This document shows, in pieces, positions 18,394 to 27,490 of a stretch of 64,000 nucleotides of DNA. Every line of letters starts with the position of its first letter. The stretch's first letter is position 1. Made by a program: the position numbers and the translations under genes. The DNA is from Clostridia bacterium (GTDB lineage Bacteria; Bacillota; Clostridia; Acetivibrionales; STF1-152). The DNA lies in contig JANQLN010000050.1 in NCBI GenBank assembly GCA_028280575.1, forward strand, positions 14,136-78,135, given 5' to 3'. The notes beneath the pieces were generated by a model, which saw nothing but the letters and a program-made list of their open reading frames with translations, ran no database searches and was not told the DNA's origin.

Positions 18394-19563
18394 ATGAATG
18401 GAAGAATAGTAACTGAGAATAATGTTATTGATGACGGTGTAATAATTGTCCGGGGAGACAGAATAAAAGCATTGGGGTGCAGATATGGCATTAATGTTCC
18501 GGCGGGTGCGGAAATCATTGATGCAAAAGGTAATCTTGTATGTCCCGGGTTTATTGACATCCACTGTCACGGCGGCGGCGGATTTTTGTTTAAGGATAAT
18601 GCGGACGCAGCATTGAAGGCACATTTAAGACATGGTACGACTTCGGTACTTGCCACACTTTCTTATCATATGACCGATAATGAGTACATTGAGACATTTC
18701 AAAAGCTTGAAAAGGTTATAAAAACAGACTATGGCAAGCAATGTATTGGAGTCAACATGGAAGGCCCGTATTTGAATCCCAGGTATGGGGCAGATACGAG
18801 TAAGGTTAGAGCCATTAAAGCCGAAGATTATGAGAGGGTGTATGAAGCAGGCAGGAAATTAATAAGAATATGGACTTTTGCACCTGAGCTTGACGGAGCA
18901 AAGGATTTTGCGGCTTTTTTGAAAAGTAAAAACATAATTCAGAGCGCAGGCCATTCCGAAGCGGATCATGAAACTGTGAATGAATTTATAAAAAACGGGC
19001 TTAGACTTGGCTGCCATCTGATGAATGCCATGGGATTTCCTCCGCCTTTTGTTTTCAAGGGAGCAATAAGGGAGGTAGGTATAGCAGAGGCACTGCTATG
19101 GGATGACGATACTTACGTGGAAGTAATTCCCGACTCAAAGGGTGTCCATGTGAGACCGCTTATGTTAAAGCTTATCCTGAAGCTTAAGGGGGTTAACAGG
19201 GTTGTTGCAATTTCAGATGCTTTTCTGGCTGGGGCACTTAAAGATCTGGAATATATAAAGGATGAAAAGGGACTTGAATATGTGCCCGATGAAGGTGATT
19301 TATACTATAACGGGTTAAATCAGCTATGTGGTTCCAGGCTGTCTATGGATTATGCAATAAGGAATATGATGAACCATACGGGTATAGGCTTTGTAGATGC
19401 GTTTAAAATAGGAGCTCTTAATGCTGCGGCGCTTCTTGGAATGGATGATGAGATAGGGAGCATTAGAGAAGGCAAGAAAGCAAATATAATAATTGCAGAT
19501 GAAAAAATGAATGTAAAGAATGTAATTCTGGAAGGCAGAAGGGTGCAATTATCAGGACTATAA
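18394..19563 (+). CDS. N-acetylhexosamine-6-phosphate deacetylase (NagA-family amidohydrolase)
   Basis: Motifs PGFIDIHCHGGGG, NMEGPYLN, AGHSEA. Starting at ATG 18394 (AAAGG upstream) gives the NagA-typical distance of about 57 aa from Met to DIH. The track start 18325 remains possible. Confidence 0.8.
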   Translation: MNGRIVTENNVIDDGVIIVRGDRIKALGCRYGINVPAGAEIIDAKGNLVCPGFIDIHCHGGGGFLFKDNADAALKAHLRHGTTSVLATLSYHMTDNEYIETFQKLEKVIKTDYGKQCIGVNMEGPYLNPRYGADTSKVRAIKAEDYERVYEAGRKLIRIWTFAPELDGAKDFAAFLKSKNIIQSAGHSEADHETVNEFIKNGLRLGCHLMNAMGFPPPFVFKGAIREVGIAEALLWDDDTYVEVIPDSKGVHVRPLMLKLILKLKGVNRVVAISDAFLAGALKDLEYIKDEKGLEYVPDEGDLYYNGLNQLCGSRLSMDYAIRNMMNHTGIGFVDAFKIGALNAAALLGMDDEIGSIREGKKANIIIADEKMNVKNVILEGRRVQLSGL

Positions 19564-19610
19564 ATCTGATAAAATAACGGATAAAAAACATTTTATGAGG
19601 TGAAGGTGTT

Positions 19611-20549
19611 ATGAGTAAATTTAATTTCAAACCGGCAGATTTTTGTCCGGTAAAGGACAGGGAATTGTTGGAAAGGCTGGCGAAAATGACTCCGGAGGAA
19701 ATTGAGCAGCATAAGAACCCGGATGTACGTATTAAAATCCTGGCAAATTACGGGCAGGTAGTGCTCACAGAAAAATTTTTGGGCATTAAGGAATCCTATG
19801 AGCAGAACAAGAAGTTTTCTACTATTTTTGGAAATCCGAATCCCAATTCACATATGCCGCTGGCCGAGCTTATCAATTTATACCGTATTGACTGCAAAAA
19901 CTGTGTTTTTGTTACAATGGATGAGTGGGCCGATGAGGATGGGAATGTGGCACCTGTCACCTATAAGGCAGGATTCACATATTCTTTCATGAAATACTTT
20001 ATCAACAAAATTGACCCGAAGCTGCGTCCGCTGCCGGAAAACATTGTTTATCCTACAACGGAAAACATCAATAGCTTTTCCGATATTATTGATGAAAAAA
20101 CGGACGGGGGAATTGACCTGTTTACTTCCGGTCCCGGTTGGGCGGGGCATATTGCCTTTATTGAACCGACCTTGGAGTATACACAGGTGCAAAGTGTTGA
20201 AGAATATTTGCAGCAGCCTGCGAAAATAGTGACCCTTCATCCTTTGACCATTGCGCAGAATTCCTTACACGGTGTTTTCGGGTGCTCCGGCAACGTTGCA
20301 AATGTTCCGCCCAAAGCAGCTACCATTGGCCCCAGGGATGTTCTGCATGCAAAAAAGAGGATTGAATCCCATGGGATAAGTATAATGGGGACATTTTCTT
20401 CATGGCAGCGCATGACATCCAGGCTGATCACCCACGGGCCGGTCACACCTATGGTTCCCGGTTCCATATACCAGGTGCTGCCATGTATCATCTATATAGA
20501 TCCCAATATTGCCAAGCCTGTTGAGTGCCTTGAGACAACAGGATACTAG
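19611..20549 (+). CDS. Glucosamine-6-phosphate deaminase/isomerase (NagB)-family protein, long form
   Basis: 312 aa. It aligns by eye to E. coli NagB: VTMDEW (MDEY), YSFMKYF, PENI, SGPGWAGHIAFIEP (GNDGHIAFNEP). It has an N-terminal extension of about 40 aa. Confidence 0.7.
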   Translation: MSKFNFKPADFCPVKDRELLERLAKMTPEEIEQHKNPDVRIKILANYGQVVLTEKFLGIKESYEQNKKFSTIFGNPNPNSHMPLAELINLYRIDCKNCVFVTMDEWADEDGNVAPVTYKAGFTYSFMKYFINKIDPKLRPLPENIVYPTTENINSFSDIIDEKTDGGIDLFTSGPGWAGHIAFIEPTLEYTQVQSVEEYLQQPAKIVTLHPLTIAQNSLHGVFGCSGNVANVPPKAATIGPRDVLHAKKRIESHGISIMGTFSSWQRMTSRLITHGPVTPMVPGSIYQVLPCIIYIDPNIAKPVECLETTGY

Positions 20550-20572
20550 TGTAAAAATGAGGAGTTGTGAAT

Positions 20573-21553
20573 ATGAATGAGACTTGTAATAAGGACAGCT
20601 TGATTATACATGACAAAGCCATCAGGCTTGCCGTCCTGGGAATGGTTGAAGGCAATGGGCACCCATACTCCTGGAGTGCTATAATCAACGGATATGACAA
20701 GGAGGAAATGGCAAAGTGCCCCTATCCGGGTATCCCTGAATATCTGGGATTGCAGCCGGAAGAGAACCTGGGGATACCGGGGGCTGTGGTATCCCATATA
20801 TGGACAGATAATCCGGAGGACGCAGAAAATGTGGCAAGGGCTTCTCTCATTGAGAATGTAGTGGGAAAACCGGAAGATGTAATTGGAGAGGTGGATGCCG
20901 TTATTATTCCTACAGACAGGGGATATGAGCATGTGGAAAGGGCAAGGCCATTTGTTGAAGCCGGATTTCCGGTTTTTATCGACAAGCCGATGGTAGATAA
21001 TGCAGAAGATTTGAAAACAATGGTTGAATGGGTCAAAGCCGGAGCAGCTATAATGTCGTCAAGTGCTGCAAGATTCTCAAAAGAATTCATGCCGTACTAC
21101 AAAAATACATATGAGCTTGGAAAAATCAGATTTGCCACAACAACAATGATAAAGAAGTGGGAGACATATGGAATACATGCACTTGAAGGCATATATCCTG
21201 TCTTTGGACCGGGGTTTGCATCGGTAAGGAATACGGGAAGGGAAGACAGCAATATTGTACATCTTAGACACAGCTGTGGAGCAGATATTGTAATAGCCGT
21301 AATAAAAGACATGCTCGGTTCATTCAACCTGATGCAGCTTTGCGGAACAAAGGGAAATGTATTTATCAGAAAACAGGATACGTTTTATTCATTTAAAGAA
21401 CAGATGGCAAGTTATATTGAATATTTGAAAACCGGTAAGAGGCCTTTTCCATTTGATGAAACAGTTGAACTAATGAAGCTTCTTATTGCAGGAATCATAA
21501 GCCGTAATGAAGGCGGAAGGGAAGTCATGCTGGAGGAAATAGAGGTGTACTAG
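20573..21553 (+). CDS. Gfo/Idh/MocA-like oxidoreductase, atypical N-terminus
   Basis: IRLAVLGMVEGNGHPYSWSAIINGY replaces the canonical GxGxxG. I place the start at ATG 20573 (GAGGAG 8 nt upstream). Confidence 0.6.
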   Translation: MNETCNKDSLIIHDKAIRLAVLGMVEGNGHPYSWSAIINGYDKEEMAKCPYPGIPEYLGLQPEENLGIPGAVVSHIWTDNPEDAENVARASLIENVVGKPEDVIGEVDAVIIPTDRGYEHVERARPFVEAGFPVFIDKPMVDNAEDLKTMVEWVKAGAAIMSSSAARFSKEFMPYYKNTYELGKIRFATTTMIKKWETYGIHALEGIYPVFGPGFASVRNTGREDSNIVHLRHSCGADIVIAVIKDMLGSFNLMQLCGTKGNVFIRKQDTFYSFKEQMASYIEYLKTGKRPFPFDETVELMKLLIAGIISRNEGGREVMLEEIEVY

Positions 21554-21570
21554 TATATCAGGAGGGTGTT

Positions 21571-22353
21571 ATGAAAGTATTGGATAGTTTTTCTTTAATG
21601 GGAAAGGTGGCCCTGGTAACAGGCGGGGCAGGTAAATATGGAAAGCAGATAGCAGGTGCTTTGGCGGAGGCGGGAGCGGTAACATACATGGCATCCAGGA
21701 ATCTTGAAGCCCTTGAAAAAGAGGCAAAAGAGCATAGAGAAAAGGGTTATGACGTAACGGCCCTCCAATATGACCAGGCCGAAGAGGAGTCCATAATAGC
21801 ATTAAAAGATGAAATTCTCAGAAGAAGCGGTCGGATTGACGTACTGGTTAACAATGCTGTTGCAAGAATCATAAGAGGATGGGATGAAGAAGGTGAAAAG
21901 TTTGACCGGAGCCTTAAAGTGAATGCTACCGGCTTGTTCCTCATGTGCAGGGCATTTGGGGAAGAAATGTCAAAACAAAACGGCGGGTCTATTATAAATA
22001 TCGGGTCCATATATGGAATGGTTGGATATGATCCCGGTATTTATGAAGGTACGGATATGAAAATGGGAGGTCCTGCATACTGTTTTGAAAAGGGCGGCAT
22101 GATTAATTTTACCAGGCTTATTGGAAGCTATTATGGGAAAAACAATGTAAGATGCAACTGCATAAGCCCGGGTGGGTTCGGGACCCCTTCATTGAATGAA
22201 GTTTTTCATGACAGGTATAGAAAGAAGACCTTCCTTGGAAGGATGGCAAATGAAACCGACTTAAAGGGTATAATAGTATTTCTGGCATCGGATGCGTCAT
22301 TATATGTAACCGGAGCCAACATACCTGTTGACGGGGGCTATACTGCAAAGTAA
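21571..22353 (+). CDS. Short-chain dehydrogenase/reductase (SDR)
   Basis: 260 aa. Motifs KVALVTGGAGKYGKQIA, NNAV, NIGSIYG, YCFEKGG (YxxxK). Confidence 0.85.
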   Translation: MKVLDSFSLMGKVALVTGGAGKYGKQIAGALAEAGAVTYMASRNLEALEKEAKEHREKGYDVTALQYDQAEEESIIALKDEILRRSGRIDVLVNNAVARIIRGWDEEGEKFDRSLKVNATGLFLMCRAFGEEMSKQNGGSIINIGSIYGMVGYDPGIYEGTDMKMGGPAYCFEKGGMINFTRLIGSYYGKNNVRCNCISPGGFGTPSLNEVFHDRYRKKTFLGRMANETDLKGIIVFLASDASLYVTGANIPVDGGYTAK

Positions 22354-22546
22354 AATCGTATTAACCTGTAATAATTTTTAGAAAAATGTCAAGTAATACT
22401 ATAAAAATATCATTTAAAAACATGTGCGGATTATCTATAATTATAATTAAGTTATATGTTACAGATCACTAGTACTCTTAATAGCGCAAGAAAATATGCT
22501 GCAAGACACCTGTAAATTCAGGGTTACCAGGGTAGGAGGAAATTAC

Positions 22547-23476
22547 TTGGAAAAAGTGTTATCGGGAAGAAAAAGAAACATCCTTACACATTTAAGAAAA
22601 GACTACGATTTATATTTAATGGTATTACCTGCCATTGTTGTAGTTTTTATTTTTCATTACATTCCCATTTACGGAATTATAATAGCCTTTCAGGATTATA
22701 ATCCTTTTGACGGGTATGCAGGAAGTGAATTTGTCGGATTGGAGAATTTCATTGATTTTTTCAAAGACCCTTTTTCATTCAGGGTTATTAGAAATACTTT
22801 TTACCTTGGTGCATTAATGATTTTCTTTCGTTTTTGGCCGCCAATTTTGCTTGCGCTTCTGATAAATGAGCTGGCCAACCTTAAATTTAAAAGAACAGTC
22901 CAATCTATTTCCTATCTCCCTCACTTTATATCGACGGTTATTATCGTCGGAATGCTGTTCAGGTTTGTCTCGGTTGATGGCGGATTGGTTAATTCCCTGT
23001 TAAGTTCTCTTGGTATACAAAAAATAAATTTTACAGTATCACCGGAATGGTTCAGGCCGCTTTACATAATCAGCATGATATGGCAAAATGTAGGCTGGGG
23101 ATCGATTTTATATCTAGCTGCAATGGCCGGAATAAGCACAGAGTTATATGAAGCTGCTTATTGTGAAGGCGCAAACAGGTTCCAAAGAGTAAGGTTTATT
23201 ACAATACCCGGAATAACGCCAACGGTTATTATTTTACTGATTTTGAATATGAGAAACATTGTCAACATAGGCCTGGAAAAGGTTTTGCTGATGTATAATC
23301 CGGCAATTTATGAAACAGCAGATGTAATATCTACATATGTTTACAGAAAAGGCATTTTAGGAAGTGATCAAAGCTATGCCTCCGCTATTGGGCTTTTTAA
23401 TTCGGTCATGGCATTAATAGTGGTCCTGGCCGTTAACAAGATGGCCCAGAAATTTAGCGAAACAAGTTTATGGTAA
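22547..23476 (+). CDS. Carbohydrate ABC transporter permease (LplB/YesP type)
   Basis: Multi-TM protein with the EAA-like loop ELYEAAYCEGANRFQRVRFITIPG. I place the start at TTG 22547 (AGGAGG 7 nt upstream); the track ATG 22496 lacks an RBS. Confidence 0.85.
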   Translation: MEKVLSGRKRNILTHLRKDYDLYLMVLPAIVVVFIFHYIPIYGIIIAFQDYNPFDGYAGSEFVGLENFIDFFKDPFSFRVIRNTFYLGALMIFFRFWPPILLALLINELANLKFKRTVQSISYLPHFISTVIIVGMLFRFVSVDGGLVNSLLSSLGIQKINFTVSPEWFRPLYIISMIWQNVGWGSILYLAAMAGISTELYEAAYCEGANRFQRVRFITIPGITPTVIILLILNMRNIVNIGLEKVLLMYNPAIYETADVISTYVYRKGILGSDQSYASAIGLFNSVMALIVVLAVNKMAQKFSETSLW

Positions 23477-23499
23477 AAGGACGAAAGGACGGTGATGAA

Positions 23500-24414
23500 A
23501 TGGACATCATAAATGCACGGAAATCTCTTGGTTCTAAAATTTTTGATTTTATTAATATTACTGTCATGACAATTTTTTCGGTCATTATGTTATATCCGCT
23601 GGTTTATGTTTTAAGTATATCTATCAGCAATTCGGAAGCAGTTACTTTGGGAAAAGTATTTCTCTGGCCGGTTGGGTTTGATTTGACAGCTTATAAAATT
23701 GCACTTGTAAACCCTGATATATGGAATGCATACAAAAATACACTTATATATGTAGTGCTTGGTACTACTATCACAATAATGCTTAATACAATGGCTGCAT
23801 ATCCTTTATCAGTAAAGCAGTTTTATGGAAGAAAATACATAACTGTGTATTTTACCGTAACAATGTTTTTCAGCGGCGGGCTGATTCCCACATATCTTCT
23901 CATAAGCCGTCTGGGAATGATAGATACCATATGGGTTATGGTAATTCCCACATCGGTTACCGCATGGAATATTATTGTGTTCAGAACAAATTTCCAGGGG
24001 ATACCCGAATCATTAATTGAAGCTGCAAAGATGGAAGGTGCAAATTCATTCAGGATATACCTTCAGATAGTTATACCCTTATCAAAGCCTATAATAGCTA
24101 CAATTTCGCTTTTTACCGTTGTCGGAATATGGAATAACTTCTTTCAGGCTTTGATATATTTGAATGATAACAGGATGATACCCTTGCAAAACTATTTGAG
24201 AACATTAATAATAAGTGCGAATTTTGAGTCTCAAAGCATTGAAGAAAATCTGGAAGCAATAACACTTATGGGAAGCGGAAAAAGCATTGTCGGGCTCATG
24301 GAATCGATTAAGATGGCAGCAATACTTGTGAGCCTGGGTCCAATATTACTTGTTTATCCATTTGTACAAAAATATTTTGTTAAAGGAGTACTTGTAGGAG
24401 CAATAAAAGGATAA
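23500..24414 (+). CDS. Carbohydrate ABC transporter permease (LplC/YesQ type)
   Basis: Contains SLIEAAKMEGANSFRIYLQIVIPL. The start is probably ATG 23500; the track start 23470 overlaps the upstream stop. Confidence 0.85.
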   Translation: MDIINARKSLGSKIFDFINITVMTIFSVIMLYPLVYVLSISISNSEAVTLGKVFLWPVGFDLTAYKIALVNPDIWNAYKNTLIYVVLGTTITIMLNTMAAYPLSVKQFYGRKYITVYFTVTMFFSGGLIPTYLLISRLGMIDTIWVMVIPTSVTAWNIIVFRTNFQGIPESLIEAAKMEGANSFRIYLQIVIPLSKPIIATISLFTVVGIWNNFFQALIYLNDNRMIPLQNYLRTLIISANFESQSIEENLEAITLMGSGKSIVGLMESIKMAAILVSLGPILLVYPFVQKYFVKGVLVGAIKG

Positions 24415-24485
24415 TAAAGTTATTATTTACATATATTATATAATGATTTTATTATAAAATACTATGCTGCAAGGAGGAGATTTAA

Positions 24486-26165
24486 TTGAAGAAAATCTTG
24501 AAAGGGGTTTCCCTGGTAACGGCACTTTTGATTTTGATTTCTGTGTTATCAGCCTGTGGAGGCCGGAAAGATGAAAAAGACGGTACAACGCCGGAGAAGA
24601 CAACGACACAAGCGGAAGGAAATAAACAGAAACCTGCAGAAGAAACGGAAAAAATGAAGATTGACAAGGTATCTTATGTAATGAGGTCATGGAACCAGGT
24701 TCAGTGGGAAGATTCAAATTTTGACAAAATGGTGAAGGAGAGATTCGGGTTAGAACTTGATTTACAGGTAATTGACTTGAGTTCATACAGGGAAAAGTTC
24801 AGAGTAATGTTCAATACCAACAACCTGCCCGATGTCAGCACCGTATTCGGTATTGACATTTCATCGTTAAACCAGGCAGGTGACAGGGGACTTTTTCTAG
24901 ACTATTATGATTATATGGATGAAATGCCGGTACTCAGGAAAATAATAACAGATAACAAGCCTATCATACCCTATATTACAGCTGCTTCAGGAAGTCTGTA
25001 TTATTCACCTATCTATTATGGTGTTGGCTATAAGCTAGAAAATTATGGGTTTGGCGTAAGAAAGGATTTGCTTGACAAGGCAAGATTTGATTACAGCAAT
25101 TTAGAAAGCATGGATGACCTGTATGCCATGTATAAGGCTCTGAAAGAGCAGGCCCCGGAAAAATATGTCCTTGGAGCGAACCATGAACTAGTTAATATAT
25201 TTCGTGTAGGAGAGCTTATGGGCATAAGTGACGAACCGGCGACCTGGGATCCCAAAAAAGAAGAATGGATTAGAACATATGACCAGCCCGCGATGAAAGA
25301 TTTTCTCACTTTCTGGGCAAATGCTTACGAGGAGGGTATTCTCCACCCGGACTTTTTAACAATGCAAAGCAATGATATGTGGCAAAAGTGTTATAACGGT
25401 GAGCTGACGGCATATATAGAATATTTAAGACACATTGACATATGTAATGATAATGCATCTTCTGATGAAATGGAATGGACATATGTAATGCCTCCTTTAT
25501 ATAAAGGTGAAAAACATGGCATAGTGGCCATGCCCGGTTTTGGATGGGTAAATGCGAAAATTGTCAATTCCAGTACAAAGGTACCCGAAAAAGTTATGAA
25601 GTTTATTGATTGGACATATACCGATGAAGGATACCTTAGAAGCATGTTTGGTGAGGAGGGTGTTGATTATGCATTGCTGGAAAGTGATCCGGTCAAGTGG
25701 ATAGCATTGGATGAATCAAATAAGGATACTCTCCCTGAGGAATATCATGACAAACTGCTTTCGGTTGAGGAAATTGCAAAAAGGAAAGTCGAAGCTCCAT
25801 ACTTTTTATACGGATTCTATTCCAAAAGCAATACTTGGAACAGGTACCAAAAATGGAAAAGGCCATATGTTGATACAGTTTTTGAAGAAGCTCATCAAAG
25901 ATATATACAAGATGGTTGGTACAGCGACCCATCGCCAAATGTTGCACTGTTAGATGATGAACTGGAAGAATTCAATGACTTGAGCACAGCAATTAATGAT
26001 TATGCGATAGAAATGATTTCCAGAATAATTACAGGACAGGTTGACATAGGAAAATGGTCTGAAGTTGTTGATGAAATTTATCAAATGGATTATGACAGGC
26101 TAATGGAATTATATGAAATAAGCTATGAAAACTTTACAAAAGTTGAGCCAAAGTTTAATCCGTAA
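24486..26165 (+). CDS. Extracellular solute-binding lipoprotein (LplA-type, large family-1 SBP)
   Basis: 559 aa. TTG start with AGGAGGAG. Signal peptide plus lipobox LSACGG, then a Thr/Glu/Lys-rich linker. No ATPase gene is present in the locus, which is typical for this transporter type. Confidence 0.85.
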   Translation: MKKILKGVSLVTALLILISVLSACGGRKDEKDGTTPEKTTTQAEGNKQKPAEETEKMKIDKVSYVMRSWNQVQWEDSNFDKMVKERFGLELDLQVIDLSSYREKFRVMFNTNNLPDVSTVFGIDISSLNQAGDRGLFLDYYDYMDEMPVLRKIITDNKPIIPYITAASGSLYYSPIYYGVGYKLENYGFGVRKDLLDKARFDYSNLESMDDLYAMYKALKEQAPEKYVLGANHELVNIFRVGELMGISDEPATWDPKKEEWIRTYDQPAMKDFLTFWANAYEEGILHPDFLTMQSNDMWQKCYNGELTAYIEYLRHIDICNDNASSDEMEWTYVMPPLYKGEKHGIVAMPGFGWVNAKIVNSSTKVPEKVMKFIDWTYTDEGYLRSMFGEEGVDYALLESDPVKWIALDESNKDTLPEEYHDKLLSVEEIAKRKVEAPYFLYGFYSKSNTWNRYQKWKRPYVDTVFEEAHQRYIQDGWYSDPSPNVALLDDELEEFNDLSTAINDYAIEMISRIITGQVDIGKWSEVVDEIYQMDYDRLMELYEISYENFTKVEPKFNP

Positions 26166-26179
26166 TATTTAATACCTTT

Positions 26180-26221
26180 ACAGGTGCAGATCTGACTTTT
26201 TAAAGTCAGGCCTGCACCTGT
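26180..26221 (+). terminator. Strong hairpin after the SBP gene (intra-operon attenuator/stabiliser or terminator)
   Basis: ACAGGTGCAG ... CTGCACCTGT (10 bp, perfect) encloses CTGACTT-tttaa-AGTCAG. It is followed by an A-run rather than a T-run. Confidence 0.45.
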
Positions 26222-26268
26222 GTATTATAAAAAAATTATGTTAAGTTTAAGGAAAGGATTATTTAGCT

Positions 26269-27426
26269 ATGCCTGCTCAAAAAAATGAAAAAAGAAAAAT
26301 AACAGGATCTATATGGAAGACAGAAAAATGCATGTATGAAGAATTTGGTATTGAAGAGCCGGACCCTTTCAATACGGACCTTGATACACTTGCTGAGGTT
26401 TATGCCGAAATGAGGAATGCATTTGCAAGAAAGTATCCGGATTTGTGTCCCGAAGGTCCTGTTCATAAGCCTGTATATTCCATACCCCAGTATGACGGAA
26501 GAACAGTATGCTCAGTTGCCTATGGAGCTCAAAGACCGGTATGGGACGGTCGGACAAGGAGCTATTGGCATGATAGAAGTTATGTTCCATGGGCATGGGT
26601 AGAAACTGTAAAGGACGTTAGCAGTATAAAGGTTCCTGATTGGAGCAGTATTCCCATGGTTCAGGAGAATATTAAAAAATATGAGGAAGTAAGGTCAAAA
26701 ACCAAGTATACACTTGAAGCAAATACGCGTATTCAATGGAGTGAGTTAAGGTTTACACATCCATATACAAAGAAAAGCTATGCCTTCAATACTACTATGA
26801 GTTTTGTAGACCTGGGAGCATTTCTTTTTGGTGACACAAGATTTCTGGAGACATCTTTATCAGATGTTGACCTTACGAAAGCTCTTATGGAAAAATGCTT
26901 TGAAGTAACAGTAAGCTATCGTGATTACGTTAATAAGATGTATGGCTTAAAAGTTAAGGGTATGGCCAGCTTTGGAGGAGATTATTCATTCATGTTCTCA
27001 CCTGACATGTACAGGGAATATGCAATGGCATATGATGCAATGCGTGTTGAAAGATATGGTGATTTGCCATGCAATCTGCACTCCTGCGGGGCGTCTTCAC
27101 ATCTTTATGAAATATGGGGAACATATCCCAACAAGGATAATATTGTATTAATGCAGACAAGAGGAATTGAGGGTAAGTTGAAAGAATTGAGGTCTTCATT
27201 GCCGAATACTTTTCTGCAGATAACAATACACCAGCCCCAGTTTGATTTTGAAGAGGAAAGCGTAGAGAATATTGTTAAGCTTGTATGGCACTATGCAGAA
27301 GAAGCCGGATTCAAGGATCTCCATCTTACAGTTATAGTGTCGAAGACCAACGATGATGTGGAGAGGAATATCAGAGCTTTTTACAAGGTTATAGATGAAG
27401 TAAATGAGCATGCGTTAAGCCAATAA
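26269..27426 (+). CDS. Hypothetical protein, possibly a remote uroporphyrinogen-decarboxylase-fold (URO-D-like) TIM barrel
   Basis: 385 aa and clearly coding (long ORF inside an operon). My only functional hint is NLHSCGASSHLYEIWG, which resembles the HSCG strand of the URO-D-family protein at 41416. The function is not supported beyond that. Confidence 0.35.
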   Translation: MPAQKNEKRKITGSIWKTEKCMYEEFGIEEPDPFNTDLDTLAEVYAEMRNAFARKYPDLCPEGPVHKPVYSIPQYDGRTVCSVAYGAQRPVWDGRTRSYWHDRSYVPWAWVETVKDVSSIKVPDWSSIPMVQENIKKYEEVRSKTKYTLEANTRIQWSELRFTHPYTKKSYAFNTTMSFVDLGAFLFGDTRFLETSLSDVDLTKALMEKCFEVTVSYRDYVNKMYGLKVKGMASFGGDYSFMFSPDMYREYAMAYDAMRVERYGDLPCNLHSCGASSHLYEIWGTYPNKDNIVLMQTRGIEGKLKELRSSLPNTFLQITIHQPQFDFEEESVENIVKLVWHYAEEAGFKDLHLTVIVSKTNDDVERNIRAFYKVIDEVNEHALSQ

Positions 27427-27490
27427 TACGTCAGATAAATAAATTTAAGATTAACTGCACAGATTTTATATATTTATGAGGTGAATTACG

